IMG/VR virus record: IMGVR_UViG_3300030333_006551 | Span: 32,001-96,000 of that record | Direction: 5' to 3' (one strand) | DNA: 64,000 bases | DNA from: a virus | Shown: in pieces, positions 1-9,501 of the stretch | How positions within the stretch are numbered: the stretch's first letter is position 1 | Layout of the letters: each line of letters starts with the position of its first letter | Made by a program: the position numbers and the translations under genes | The notes under the pieces: generated by a model | Told to the model about the DNA's origin: nothing | The model's database searches: none | The model's input: only the letters and a program-made list of their open reading frames with translations

Positions 1-30
1 AAAAAAAGCTGGAGTTAAGGTTGAAAAATT

Positions 31-405
31 ATGATGAATAGTTCAGTAGAATCCACAAAAATGTATGTTAGTGGCCCGATTACTGGTAATAGCACTTGTG
101 AAAAAGATTTTGAAGATGCTACTAAAAGTTTATCGTCCGAAGGATATGATGTAGTGAACCCGATGCTTATTTGCCCTCCTGAAAAACTCAAGTTCGATCA
201 CCAAAGGGAACAGGCGGAGAATCGCGGTAATTGGAACTATTATATGCGTGAAGCTATTAAAAAACTAGTCATATGTGACGAAATTTATATGTTGCGCGGA
301 TGGGCAAGTAGTAAAGGGGCAGTTTTAGAGAGACACATAGCACAAGAACTTAACATGCCTGTAAGATATCAAGAAGCAGAAGAATTAAAGAAGTTAAATG
401 GTTAA
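31..405 (+). CDS. DUF4406 / nucleoside 2-deoxyribosyltransferase-like protein
   Basis: YVSGPITG...VVNP...CDEIYMLRGWASSKGAVLERHIA motif pattern. Confidence 0.8.
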   Translation: MMNSSVESTKMYVSGPITGNSTCEKDFEDATKSLSSEGYDVVNPMLICPPEKLKFDHQREQAENRGNWNYYMREAIKKLVICDEIYMLRGWASSKGAVLERHIAQELNMPVRYQEAEELKKLNG

Positions 406-562
406 GAAACAACAAAATAAGCAACCTTATGAGCATTGGCTTGGTTGGTTTCATAAACAAGCTGATGCAGTAGAGTTCGCCAAAAAGCATGGAGGTTCCG
501 TAGTCTGGAGAAAAAGACAGCGTAACAAATGGAAGCATTGGGCTGTCGTGGAGTTTAAATAA
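398..562 (+). CDS. small hypothetical protein (54 aa, below ORF-track cutoff)
   Basis: ATG overlaps upstream gene end and TAA overlaps next ATG; MVKKQQNKQPYEHWLGW... Confidence 0.55.
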   Translation: MVKKQQNKQPYEHWLGWFHKQADAVEFAKKHGGSVVWRKRQRNKWKHWAVVEFK

Positions 563-936
563 TGACGAAAGTATTAAAAACAATTTTTGGTCTGACCGTA
601 ATAGCCTGTATGATGATGCTTATGATGAGCATGGACAGGCCAGTAATCAAGAAGCTAGGCACATACAGAGGGGATCATTTCCCAGGTTTTGCAGAGTTTC
701 GGGTGCAAGAGATTGAGTGGGATGATTATGGTGATCTTATGCTTATGGGAGAGCCTTACGATGTCCTCCTCAATGTAAACTACATCACCAAAGCATATCG
801 TTTCGAGGATGCTAAGGAGACGGACTACTCTACTCTTATCTTCACCGAGTATAGTGAGAAGCCCATCCTTCTTCGTCAAGAGTACAAGGATGTTGTTAGT
901 TCAATCAGGCGTGGAATGGAGGCCCAAGTTAAATGA
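562..936 (+). CDS. hypothetical protein with N-terminal TM/signal segment
   Basis: Hydrophobic N-terminus; coupled start/stop junctions. Confidence 0.6.
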   Translation: MTKVLKTIFGLTVIACMMMLMMSMDRPVIKKLGTYRGDHFPGFAEFRVQEIEWDDYGDLMLMGEPYDVLLNVNYITKAYRFEDAKETDYSTLIFTEYSEKPILLRQEYKDVVSSIRRGMEAQVK

Positions 937-1240
937 GCAGTAATTATAAGTTTAATATTGGAGTCTTGATTGGTGCTTTTCTTTTTGCGGCTCTGCTCTT
1001 GTGCAGTAGTTGTATCTTTGTTAGAGTTGTGAAGCCTACTGAGCAGCCTGCTCCTTGTTGTGAAGAAGAACTCCCTCCCTTGAGTCCCTTTGATCTTATC
1101 TCCGAGGAGTAAATAATGAAGATTGAAATTGAAAGTAAGAAAATGCAGTTTCTGCTTGGCCTGTTTTTAGGTTGCGGAGCTATGAGTTATGGAATCATGT
1201 TTGTTACTTATGTTTTATGGTTTTTGGGAATGATTGACTG

Positions 1241-1438
1241 ATGGAAGATCTTAAGAAGAAAAGAGAAGAACTGGAAAAGAAGTATCGTCGTATGTTCGAC
1301 GCTCACTCATCTAAGTATAGTAAGCATATTGCTAGTGAGGGAGAGTATAGGGACTCTGCACAAAAGATAAAGGATCTTTATAAGGAGCTTTACGAAGTCG
1401 CTCTACAGTTGGGAGATCCCCTTCCATATTGGGTGTAA
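1241..1438 (+). CDS. hypothetical protein
   Basis: ORF in tightly packed plus-strand run. Confidence 0.55.
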   Translation: MEDLKKKREELEKKYRRMFDAHSSKYSKHIASEGEYRDSAQKIKDLYKELYEVALQLGDPLPYWV

Positions 1439-1668
1439 TGGCACAGCAATATTGGCTTCACGATTGCGCTTGCGAAATGTTACAGGTAAAAGAACTGCCT
1501 ATAGCCTTGCGTAATCATCTTGATGATATAGAGTGGTATGCTAGTTCAATGTTAGGCTCTATACAGTCACGGCAAGTAGTCGCTACTATATTAGCACAGT
1601 ATGTGATGACTCAACGACTGGAAAGAAAAGTCAAATTATTGGAGGATAAAATTAATGAAACAGAGTAA
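1438..1668 (+). CDS. hypothetical protein
   Basis: TAATG coupling with upstream ORF. Confidence 0.55.
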   Translation: MAQQYWLHDCACEMLQVKELPIALRNHLDDIEWYASSMLGSIQSRQVVATILAQYVMTQRLERKVKLLEDKINETE

Positions 1669-1969
1669 TAAGTTTGCAGATATTGCAGATAGTGTAGCAC
1701 ATACAGTATATGTAAAACAGGAAGCGTATGGTGATTCATTTGGAAAGAGTGGCGAATGCCTCAGACAGATGTACCCAGATGGGATTCAGTCCGAACAATA
1801 CGATGATCTCCTCACTATTACGAGGATTCTTGATAAACTGTTTAGGATTGCCAATAATCCTACTGCTTTTGATGAAAATCCCTATCGAGATATTGTTGGA
1901 TATGGATTATTAGGTATGAATCGGCACTATAATAAAAGTGACCAGTTAATGGAGGAATATAATGACTAA
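1655..1969 (+). CDS. nucleotide-modification-associated (Nmad1-like) helical protein
   Basis: KQEAYGDSF...RILDKLFRI...DIVGYGLL pattern. Confidence 0.6.
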   Translation: MKQSNKFADIADSVAHTVYVKQEAYGDSFGKSGECLRQMYPDGIQSEQYDDLLTITRILDKLFRIANNPTAFDENPYRDIVGYGLLGMNRHYNKSDQLMEEYND

Positions 1970-2183
1970 AGAAGAAGCAAAAGATCTTATTGATCGGATT
2001 GATGAGATGGGTATTATGAACCCAGCATATTACAAACTTGGTTTGAATGATGAGCCTAATAAGCTACGGTTTATGGATGACTATGCCAAGCAAGCACAAT
2101 GGATTACTGATGCCTATGCAGCCTTATCGTCTTATTGGAATAGTAGTGCAGCAAAGCCTTCGAAATCCACTAAGACAAACTAG
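1962..2183 (+). CDS. hypothetical protein
   Basis: GGAGG RBS upstream. Confidence 0.55.
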   Translation: MTKEEAKDLIDRIDEMGIMNPAYYKLGLNDEPNKLRFMDDYAKQAQWITDAYAALSSYWNSSAAKPSKSTKTN

Positions 2184-2590
2184 CAGTTCCACTTACGGAG
2201 TGCTTTATTAATACGAGAGTCGGGATTATTGGCAGTTTTCGCACCAGTAAGCCTTCTCTTCATGCCACCCATCCGAGCGCAGAAGGACTTTCTGCGCTTG
2301 GCTTTTTTACTACCTTTCTTTAGTTTAGAAGGCTTGGTAGTAACAGCCATGCTTAATTTAGAACCGGGATTAGCTTTTCTATAAGATGCAATACCTTTTT
2401 TATTCAACCCGCCTTCTGGGTTTTTTCCTGCCTTTCTCTGCCATGCTGGTGATTTTTCTACAAGGAGGTTAAACACTCTTTCGAGGTATGTTCCTTCTTT
2501 TATGCATGATCCGGGTGAGTAAGGAACTGACCCAGGTTTAGGTTTGTAGCCTCTCCAACAGCGAGATTTTTTCTTTTTTTTGTTTGCCAT
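2180..2590 (-). CDS. basic protein conserved in T4-like phages (DUF6321-like)
   Basis: SPAWQRKAGKNPEGGLN...RRKSFCARM...SRINKALRKWNC; also CWRGYK and LLVE motifs. Confidence 0.75.
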   Translation of the reverse strand: MANKKKKKSRCWRGYKPKPGSVPYSPGSCIKEGTYLERVFNLLVEKSPAWQRKAGKNPEGGLNKKGIASYRKANPGSKLSMAVTTKPSKLKKGSKKAKRRKSFCARMGGMKRRLTGAKTANNPDSRINKALRKWNC

Positions 2591-2618
2591 TTGTGACCTC
2601 TTCTGTTATTATATAGGC

Positions 2619-3119
2619 ATGAACATTTTCGTACTCGACAATAATCCCTCTATCGCAGCCTCCATGCATTGTGATAAACATGTTCCCAAGATGATTCTTG
2701 AGACAGCCCAGATGCTGTCCACGGCTCACCATGTTTATGATACACCACAAGCTCCTCTTGTCTACAAAAAAGCGCATCTAAATCACCCCTGTACCGTCTG
2801 GATTCGTGAATCAAAAGCTAACTACGGCTGGGCTTGGACCTTGTACCATGAGCTTCTGGTTGAGTTTAGGAAGCGTCGAGGCAAGTATCACAAGTCTGGG
2901 GAGCTTATTCATGACCTTGCCCACACGCCCTCTGAGATGCCCAACATAGGCCCCACGCCCTTTGCCCAAGCCATGCCTGACGAGTACAAGCAAGAGGACG
3001 CTGTGGAGGCTTACAGGGCCTACTACATGGGCGATAAGGCTGTCTTTGCCAAGTGGGAGTGGCCCACAGCCAAGACTCCCTACTGGTGGAAAAATTCTGA
3101 AGTTTCACTTGCATCTTAA
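2619..3119 (+). CDS. pyrimidine dimer DNA glycosylase / endonuclease V-like
   Basis: MNIFVLD...HCDKHVPKMILETAQMLST...HLNHPCTVW...FAQAMPDEYK...AYRAYY. Confidence 0.85.
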   Translation: MNIFVLDNNPSIAASMHCDKHVPKMILETAQMLSTAHHVYDTPQAPLVYKKAHLNHPCTVWIRESKANYGWAWTLYHELLVEFRKRRGKYHKSGELIHDLAHTPSEMPNIGPTPFAQAMPDEYKQEDAVEAYRAYYMGDKAVFAKWEWPTAKTPYWWKNSEVSLAS

Positions 3120-3136
3120 GGATCCTGTGGTATAAT
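3109..3136 (+). promoter_or_regulatory. sigma70-type early promoter, leaderless transcript
   Basis: TTGCAT-16-TATAAT with extended TG; ATG at 3143 is 6 nt downstream. Confidence 0.7.
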
Positions 3137-3142
3137 AGGCGC

Positions 3143-3331
3143 ATGACGAAAACGAACGAGCAAATGCTGAGAGAGAAGTGGCCTGATAGGGCCAAGAAGG
3201 CAGCTAACGGCAGTCGCAAGGAGGCTATATACCTCATGTGCATCAACTGTATTGGCTCCTCTCAAGAGGCAAGAAAGTGCGAAAGCGTCGAATGTTTCCT
3301 TCACCCCTACAGACCTGGGAGTAACCGATGA
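3143..3331 (+). CDS. small Cys-containing (Zn-binding?) protein
   Basis: CxxC...CxxxxCxLHPYR. Confidence 0.65.
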   Translation: MTKTNEQMLREKWPDRAKKAANGSRKEAIYLMCINCIGSSQEARKCESVECFLHPYRPGSNR

Positions 3332-3507
3332 AAAAGTACATGGTTCTAGTTCCTGAAGTACATGTCTCTTACCGAGAGGTGGAGGCAGAAAACGAGGCGG
3401 ATGCCATAGAGTTAGCTATGGGAAATATCGTCAGTACAGAAGTTGATTTTAGTTATTCTTACACCTTAGAAAATGATATCGAAGTTCAGGAGCGAACCGA
3501 TGAGTAA
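3328..3507 (+). CDS. small acidic protein, paralog of 4573..4752
   Basis: MKKYMVLVPEVHVSYREVEAENEADAIELAMG matches MKKYEVCVPEVHNSYRIVEANSEEEAIELGMG. Confidence 0.7.
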   Translation: MKKYMVLVPEVHVSYREVEAENEADAIELAMGNIVSTEVDFSYSYTLENDIEVQERTDE

Positions 3508-3691
3508 AGAAATCACCAAATCTTTGTACGAGAAAGCATCCTGCTGGATGGCAGACTTTGAGGACTCGTCTCTTTTAGAGGAGAATATGCCCAAAGAAGA
3601 TGTTGAGCAATTTCTTCTAGACGAAGCGTTCGACATCATGTACCAACTTTATCTCATCTACCAAGAGGAGGAGGATCAGAGCGATGACTAA
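3500..3691 (+). CDS. hypothetical protein, paralog of 3684..3899
   Basis: Shared ITKxLxxKAxxWM and LxxEAxDI motifs. Confidence 0.6.
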   Translation: MSKEITKSLYEKASCWMADFEDSSLLEENMPKEDVEQFLLDEAFDIMYQLYLIYQEEEDQSDD

Positions 3692-3899
3692 AAAGTTAGA
3701 AGAGAAGATTATCACTAAAGAACTCCATGCCAAAGCCATGGCATGGATGCAACAGGAAAGGCTAAGGGGAGTCGAGCAAGTACCCGATGCTTGGCTTGTG
3801 GAGGAAGCTGCTGATATTCTGTTTGAGTTGAATCAATGCTATAATGGAGCCATGAGCAGTTTTGTATACGACGAAGAGACAGGAGAGGTTTATTACTAA
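3684..3899 (+). CDS. hypothetical protein
   Basis: GGAGG RBS; paralog of preceding ORF. Confidence 0.6.
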   Translation: MTKKLEEKIITKELHAKAMAWMQQERLRGVEQVPDAWLVEEAADILFELNQCYNGAMSSFVYDEETGEVYY

Positions 3900-4327
3900 T
3901 GAGTAAACTTAGGAATGGAAAGCTGAATCATGGTGATCGTGTTGAGATCTACCGCAACCTTCACAACGATACCTTCTCTATTCGCAGAAACGGTAAGGTA
4001 GTAAAACACCTTGCGAACTGGCAGAGAATCTTCCTGAAAGATGTTAAGTTCGCTGTGCAACCTGCTGGTAGAGAAAAAGTGCGTCGAGAAGGAAAGAAGA
4101 ATGTTCACGCATTTATTAGAGGGACTTACCTCGCTCCTTCGACCTTCCCGCACACTACCTCTGAGTTCAAAGCTAAGTGTACTGAGTGGGTTACTTACAA
4201 CCCGTACCAGAACGATCATTTTACCGCTACAGTTACTGACCCTGAAACCACTTTTACCAGTTACCAAGATGTGCATGAGGCCAAGTTGGTAACTCTTACC
4301 TACGGATATGTTTATGCCGCACTCTAA
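3899..4327 (+). CDS. conserved phage hypothetical protein
   Basis: YRNLH...FSIR...GREKVRREGKKNVHAFIRG...VTYNPY motif seen in many phages. Confidence 0.75.
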   Translation: MSKLRNGKLNHGDRVEIYRNLHNDTFSIRRNGKVVKHLANWQRIFLKDVKFAVQPAGREKVRREGKKNVHAFIRGTYLAPSTFPHTTSEFKAKCTEWVTYNPYQNDHFTATVTDPETTFTSYQDVHEAKLVTLTYGYVYAAL

Positions 4328-4586
4328 ATTACCCCTAGACCAAAGAGCTACCCAGATCCATGAAAGGATGGGATTTCATTGGGACGCTCTGTGTAATGCT
4401 GCTTCTGAGTTGTACGCATTAGAAGAACACTATGATCTGCGTGAGGACTCTATCCAGATGATAGAAGAGACTTACAACAGTATGTATGAGCAACTTCAAA
4501 ACTTGAAGTACGATATTGATGACGCTGAGAACTGGATGTTCAATGGCTACAGCCTACAGGAGATTGATGAAGATGAAGAAGTATGA
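4308..4586 (+). CDS. acidic hypothetical protein
   Basis: ORF in packed run. Confidence 0.5.
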   Translation: MFMPHSKLPLDQRATQIHERMGFHWDALCNAASELYALEEHYDLREDSIQMIEETYNSMYEQLQNLKYDIDDAENWMFNGYSLQEIDEDEEV

Positions 4587-4752
4587 AGTATGTGTTCCCG
4601 AAGTTCACAATTCTTACAGGATTGTAGAAGCTAACTCTGAGGAGGAAGCTATTGAGCTTGGAATGGGAATGGACGATCATTTCTTTGAGTATTCTCACAC
4701 TTTAGAAGAAAATGTTACAGCACAGGAGATTAGTGAAGATGAAGATCAATAA
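4573..4752 (+). CDS. small acidic protein, paralog of 3328..3507
   Basis: See paralog. Confidence 0.7.
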   Translation: MKKYEVCVPEVHNSYRIVEANSEEEAIELGMGMDDHFFEYSHTLEENVTAQEISEDEDQ

Positions 4753-5119
4753 TTGTATTCAACTCTTAGATGAGTGGAGTGGGGGAGGTCAAGCTGATGC
4801 TGAGTGGCACGCTAAACAAATCATGGAAAAGTATATCTTCAAGTATACTGAGTGTGGTTGTGTTTTTGATGCTGACGATGATGGAGTGACTGTGTGTGGC
4901 TATGCAGAAGGCTCTGACGCTGATCTCGCTCCTTATTACTTGAAGTGGGGCTTCACTATTGAGGAATTCAATGAAGCTCTCAATGAGGCAGACATTGATG
5001 GAGTAGAGGAATGGGAACGAGTAAACCAATGGGATGATGAAGATGATCTTGCAGAGGTCATGGGATACGAGGGACAAAAAGAGAACTACGAGGACCACAA
5101 AGATAAGGATGGAATGTAA
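4739..5119 (+). CDS. acidic hypothetical protein
   Basis: ORF in packed run. Confidence 0.6.
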   Translation: MKINNCIQLLDEWSGGGQADAEWHAKQIMEKYIFKYTECGCVFDADDDGVTVCGYAEGSDADLAPYYLKWGFTIEEFNEALNEADIDGVEEWERVNQWDDEDDLAEVMGYEGQKENYEDHKDKDGM

Positions 5120-5379
5120 TGGATACTGAATTATCAAAATACAAGAAGGCGTTAGAGCTATTCACAGAGGATCTGAAGCATTTAGGTGAGGTAGATCATA
5201 GTCTTTCTGTATTCCTTACTGATGAGACTGAGTGCTTTGATGACTGCCCAGAGATTGATAAGGCTAGAACTTTAATTCAAGAAGCATACGAGATTATTGA
5301 GGATTACCAAAAACTACAACTCTTATGGGTTGAGGATCAAACTTTATGGGTTGAGGAACAAACTAAAGATGAACATTAA
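5119..5379 (+). CDS. hypothetical protein
   Basis: TAATG coupling. Confidence 0.55.
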   Translation: MDTELSKYKKALELFTEDLKHLGEVDHSLSVFLTDETECFDDCPEIDKARTLIQEAYEIIEDYQKLQLLWVEDQTLWVEEQTKDEH

Positions 5380-5704
5380 CGAAAACAAGTGGATTGAAAA
5401 CCATACCGAGGATACTATGGATTTTTACAACATGAGAAAACCGATGATTGACGAAACACTATTTAACACAGAGCGTTACGATGTTTTGCGTGAAAAAATG
5501 GTAGATGAGCTTATGGAAGATCAGATGGCTATGCCTACTCACACTCTTCTGTCCATGCTGGAGGAATTCGTTTGGGATATGTTTCACAATATGGATGACG
5601 ATCAGTTGCAGGATATGTTTGATAACTTGAAGCAAGATGAAGTGGACCCTGATGGGATTACAGATATGTTTGAACCTACAGTAGTGGAGGATAAGACGGA
5701 ATGA
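5369..5704 (+). CDS. acidic hypothetical protein
   Basis: ORF in packed run. Confidence 0.55.
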   Translation: MNINENKWIENHTEDTMDFYNMRKPMIDETLFNTERYDVLREKMVDELMEDQMAMPTHTLLSMLEEFVWDMFHNMDDDQLQDMFDNLKQDEVDPDGITDMFEPTVVEDKTE

Positions 5705-5991
5705 ACATCTTTGTAGATATAGATGAAACAATATGTTTTTATGAGGGAGAAAGATCTTATCCTGATGCAACTCCTTGGTACGAAAGCATAGCTAAAATAA
5801 ATAAATTATATGATGAAGGGCATCATATTGTCTATTGGACTGCAAGAGGATCAGCAACAGGAGTTGATTGGAAGGATCTTACTGAAAAGCAACTCTCTGA
5901 CTGGGGAGTAAAACACCATGAACTTCGTATGGGGAAACCCTCCTATGATCTTCTCATTTGTGATAAAACAGATAGAATAGAAAACTTATGA
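5701..5991 (+). CDS. HAD-family (capsule biosynthesis-type) phosphatase
   Basis: VDIDETIC motif I, WTARG, GKPSYDLLICDK. Confidence 0.85.
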   Translation: MNIFVDIDETICFYEGERSYPDATPWYESIAKINKLYDEGHHIVYWTARGSATGVDWKDLTEKQLSDWGVKHHELRMGKPSYDLLICDKTDRIENL

Positions 5992-6383
5992 AAAAGGTCT
6001 GGGTTAACGGTTGCTTTGATGTCCTACATCGTGGACACATCGAGCTATTTAGATTTGCTAGTGTGTTGGGCGATGAGCTAATGGTAGGTCTTGATTCTGA
6101 CTCTAAGGTTACGCAAGACAAGGGAGAGGGTAGGCCCATAAACATTCTTAGTGATAGAATATTTATGCTACGAGCTATTAAATATATTGATGCAGTTACT
6201 TACTTCGATTCAGCAATTGACCTAGAAAGAGCCATTAAGTATTATTCCCCAGATATTATGGTTGTAGGATCAGATTGGAAAGGTAAGACAATTGTAGGGG
6301 AACAATATGCTAAGAAGGTAGTGTTCTTTGATAGAGTGGGAGACTACTCCACAACTAATATTATAAATGGAGCTAGTAACTAA
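5988..6383 (+). CDS. cytidylyl/adenylyltransferase (RfaE domain II / TagD-like)
   Basis: NGCFDVLHRGH (HxGH), KGEGRPIN, VGSDW, YSTT. Confidence 0.9.
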   Translation: MKKVWVNGCFDVLHRGHIELFRFASVLGDELMVGLDSDSKVTQDKGEGRPINILSDRIFMLRAIKYIDAVTYFDSAIDLERAIKYYSPDIMVVGSDWKGKTIVGEQYAKKVVFFDRVGDYSTTNIINGASN

Positions 6384-6385
6384 TC

Positions 6386-6604
6386 ATGATCTGTCATGTA
6401 ACTCTCCTAGATATGAGTATGGGACTTATTATACTAGCCAGCATCATGCTCATCACTAACATAGTTACGGTATACTTTACTTTCACTACATGGTATAGTA
6501 GAAATGACGGGAATTCACGCAAGAGAGAAATACCCGTTTACTACAATGAACAAGGTAAACTAACTATAGATGATAAGGAGATAAATAAGGATGCAGATAT
6601 TTAG
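6386..6604 (+). CDS. small membrane protein
   Basis: Single TM segment. Confidence 0.5.
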   Translation: MICHVTLLDMSMGLIILASIMLITNIVTVYFTFTTWYSRNDGNSRKREIPVYYNEQGKLTIDDKEINKDADI

Positions 6605-6833
6605 ATACTTAGTTATCTTCTTCTGGTTAGAAGCAATTATAGTATTATCTCTAGGATGCACCGCGCCTAGAGAGCGTAGAGGTGATTGGATGGAGCATTT
6701 AAACTCCAAAAAATTTACTTATAATCCTCCTATGATCCATTGGGATAGAAACAATTACTACTCTCATGAGGAGTTAAGGGCGATCTGGAAAATAAAAATG
6801 GATAGAATTCTTGAGTCTTACTCGGAGGAGTAG
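6591..6833 (+). CDS. putative lipoprotein
   Basis: Hydrophobic leader ending LSLGC. Confidence 0.5.
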   Translation: MQIFRYLVIFFWLEAIIVLSLGCTAPRERRGDWMEHLNSKKFTYNPPMIHWDRNNYYSHEELRAIWKIKMDRILESYSEE

Positions 6834-6844
6834 CTAAATATAGT

Positions 6845-7336
6845 ATGCGATGGGTATTAGTACATTTTTTAGCTTTTGTTGTCATAACACAATTCTTGAT
6901 GGGATGCACAACTCCTACCAAGGCTCTTAACTTTCTCACTCCTGATCGAATTGGGATAGGAAGAACAAAGGGCGTTATGTCTATGGAAGGTTTCTCTCAT
7001 GGACATTATAGTGGTGGTTATGAAGATGGATGGCATCATGGAGAAGAATGGGGAGAAACATGGTCTCGTAGTGAGTTTTCAGGAGAGTCTGAAGCTGATA
7101 TGATTTGGTTTGAGTGGGATTTCCCCCAATGGGAAGAGCCTAACGACTATGACCTTTATTTGCGCGAGAGAGTTAGGACACTTAGCTTAGAAAAAGACCT
7201 AATAATTGCAGAGAGGCAGTTAGAGAAAAGAGATAAAGCAATAGATAAAACCATTAACAGAATAGATAACATTCTCGACTGTACTCCAGCAGAGAGGGAA
7301 GCTGAAGGTATGTGGCCTAAGAAGCTAACGGAGTAA
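6845..7336 (+). CDS. putative lipoprotein
   Basis: Leader ending LMGC; CTAAATA motif at 6834-6840 upstream. Confidence 0.6.
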   Translation: MRWVLVHFLAFVVITQFLMGCTTPTKALNFLTPDRIGIGRTKGVMSMEGFSHGHYSGGYEDGWHHGEEWGETWSRSEFSGESEADMIWFEWDFPQWEEPNDYDLYLRERVRTLSLEKDLIIAERQLEKRDKAIDKTINRIDNILDCTPAEREAEGMWPKKLTE

Positions 7337-7340
7337 AATA

Positions 7341-7961
7341 ATGGTAGATCCTAGTACAAGAGTTCAGTTTGGTCAATCAGATAGAGATCTTGGAGATAAG
7401 ATATGTTACAAGATTCTAACTTTTCAAGGTAAGTATAAGCAAGAGGTAATTTCTGTATCACCAAATGGATATACCAAGTACAACCTAGTATTTACAGACT
7501 TAAAATTTGTGTGGGAGTGTACATGCTTAACTCCAGAGGAGCGGGATGAGATGAGAAATCGGTATAGAACAAATCTTGTTCCTCTTCCACCAACAACTGG
7601 ACCTACTGCACAACCCGCTGGAGAGAACTATTGGCAGCAGAGAGAGTTCTCTTATGTTATGGAGATTGAGCCTACTGATGTTTTCTGTGATCCTAATCGC
7701 CGCGCTGACTTCCTCTCGCCATGTGAAGGTAAAATAGAGTGTAGTTTGCCTGATAAAACTATGGAACTTCCTGGAATGTGTGAAGGTAAGAACTGCGTAG
7801 ACAGGCACATTCCTATAACTTTGGGAACTATGTTTTTTAGATGTAACTGTAGAGACAGGGTAATTGATGTTGCGAGAGAACTTCGTAGAGATAACTCATG
7901 TCCTAAAGGCTTTAATGATGGTTCTGATTTAGAGTGTAAAGCTCCAGAAGACAGTAAGTAA
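7341..7961 (+). CDS. Cys-rich hypothetical protein
   Basis: Many Cys including WECTC and CNC. Confidence 0.6.
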   Translation: MVDPSTRVQFGQSDRDLGDKICYKILTFQGKYKQEVISVSPNGYTKYNLVFTDLKFVWECTCLTPEERDEMRNRYRTNLVPLPPTTGPTAQPAGENYWQQREFSYVMEIEPTDVFCDPNRRADFLSPCEGKIECSLPDKTMELPGMCEGKNCVDRHIPITLGTMFFRCNCRDRVIDVARELRRDNSCPKGFNDGSDLECKAPEDSK

Positions 7962-7975
7962 TTTTCACTTTGTCC

Positions 7976-8004
7976 TTGCTTTCGTAGAGCATCTATGGTA
8001 TAAT
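7976..8004 (+). promoter_or_regulatory. sigma70-type promoter
   Basis: TTGCTT-17-TATAAT with extended TG. Confidence 0.7.
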
Positions 8005-8060
8005 AGTGCCTGAAATCAGGAAATCACCCGAATACACAAATAACTTTCCGCGCATAATAT

Positions 8061-8627
8061 ATGACCACAATCACTAGCGATCAATGGGATCTCATTGAAA
8101 AGAAGTACGGTAGACTCATTAGTAAGATCTGCCATAACATTACAGGCGATATTGCAATTGCCAATTACGACGATAACCTTCAAGACCTAAGACTAGCAGC
8201 TATGGAAGCAGTTAATGGCTTTGCAAGAAAAGAAGGATTAGAGTTCGATGAGTTTTGGGATACAGAAGGTTTTAATAAGTATCTCAAGACTTGCCTCTGG
8301 AACTTGAAGAACAAGAAAGGAGCCAATATCACGAAGAAGTATCCTGTAACCAAGAACACGGTGGATATTAATAAATTCGCGGAGATCTTGATAGACGAGA
8401 GACAAGATACTAGTGGTATTGATCTAGGTATATCTATCGACCAGATTGCTTATAAGTTTACAGATAGACAAAAGATAGTAGTAGATGCAATCACTAAGGA
8501 TCCAACACTACTAAAGCCTAATGGTAAGGTAAACATCAAGAAACTATCTGAACAACTGAATCTTACATGGTTAGAGATCAGAAAAGAGATTGTTTCCCTA
8601 TCTGAGATCCTCCAAAATAAACTATAG
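8061..8627 (+). CDS. phage RNA polymerase sigma-factor-like protein
   Basis: Region-2-like DDNLQDLRLAAMEAV...FNKYLKTCLWN and C-terminal HTH-like segment. Confidence 0.65.
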   Translation: MTTITSDQWDLIEKKYGRLISKICHNITGDIAIANYDDNLQDLRLAAMEAVNGFARKEGLEFDEFWDTEGFNKYLKTCLWNLKNKKGANITKKYPVTKNTVDINKFAEILIDERQDTSGIDLGISIDQIAYKFTDRQKIVVDAITKDPTLLKPNGKVNIKKLSEQLNLTWLEIRKEIVSLSEILQNKL

Positions 8628-8670
8628 GTCATAAAGGACCAAAGGTAAAAGTCAAATTAGAGAACCAAAT

Positions 8671-9024
8671 ATGATGTATTTTATATACGATGAGAACTAC
8701 TTAGATGAGAATGATGACTTCAATTATGTGATGTCCCCATGCTTCGAGAGCTTTGAGAAAGCAGCTAGTTATGGTATACGCCAAGCAATAAGAACAGACA
8801 AGAAGATAGTCACACTCATAACAGACCAAGGTATGATAATTACCTTCTGGAACCCACACCTAGAAGACCCACAAGAACCTGGACATAAGATGGGTACTAT
8901 CAATCATACCTTTAAGGAGTACCTACCCAAATGGTATAAAAGTTATAAGAAAAAGGAACAATTGAAGGATAAAATAGATCCTACTGATATTCCCGATGTC
9001 TGTCCTGAATTTGATGTAGATTAA
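8671..9024 (+). CDS. hypothetical protein
   Basis: ORF. Confidence 0.5.
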   Translation: MMYFIYDENYLDENDDFNYVMSPCFESFEKAASYGIRQAIRTDKKIVTLITDQGMIITFWNPHLEDPQEPGHKMGTINHTFKEYLPKWYKSYKKKEQLKDKIDPTDIPDVCPEFDVD

Positions 9025-9145
9025 ATAAAAGGTACGATTTATTTAGAATCAATACATAAAAGTCAAATTACACATAGCATATATTATATAATATAAGTAT
9101 AGTGTATTGTTTTTGCTTTACCCAAACACACAAAATAATCTCAGT

Positions 9146-9340
9146 ATGTCCGATATAAAAGTCAAATTAGAATTTAGTTGGAACTTTAATAAGCGCGATT
9201 GGAACGCTAAATTAAAACATTTCAATGAGTTTAAAGCAGAGTTAGAGAATAAGTCTGACTATGATCCTGTTAGTATGTTCTTCTTTCTTAATGATATGGT
9301 GTACCCTGAGCTAGAGCATATAGATGTAACACCCACTTAA
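9146..9340 (+). CDS. hypothetical protein
   Basis: MSDIKVKLEFSW...; last plus-strand ORF before the gap. Confidence 0.45.
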   Translation: MSDIKVKLEFSWNFNKRDWNAKLKHFNEFKAELENKSDYDPVSMFFFLNDMVYPELEHIDVTPT

Positions 9341-9465
9341 GAAAAGTCAAATTAATACATACTTACATACAACTAACATATAAGAAAAGTCAAATTGATG
9401 TGAAATTATATCACCGATGGCCTATCATATAGTGGCAATGATCTGATAAGATCATGGTTATCTCC

Positions 9466-9501
9466 TAAGCACAATCATTTTATTTTAAATGATTGTGCTT
9501 A
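9466..9501. repeat. perfect 15-bp inverted repeat
   Basis: TAAGCACAATCATTT-tatttt-AAATGATTGTGCTTA. Confidence 0.9.

Larger units (their letters stand above)
8647..9396 (+). repeat. five direct copies of AAAAGTCAAATT(A)
   Basis: Copies start at 8647, 9058, 9157, 9342, 9385. Confidence 0.85.

Noticed and set aside
1626-1638. Sixth AAAAGTCAAATTA copy
   Set aside because: Isolated inside a coding region 7 kb from the cluster; may be chance.
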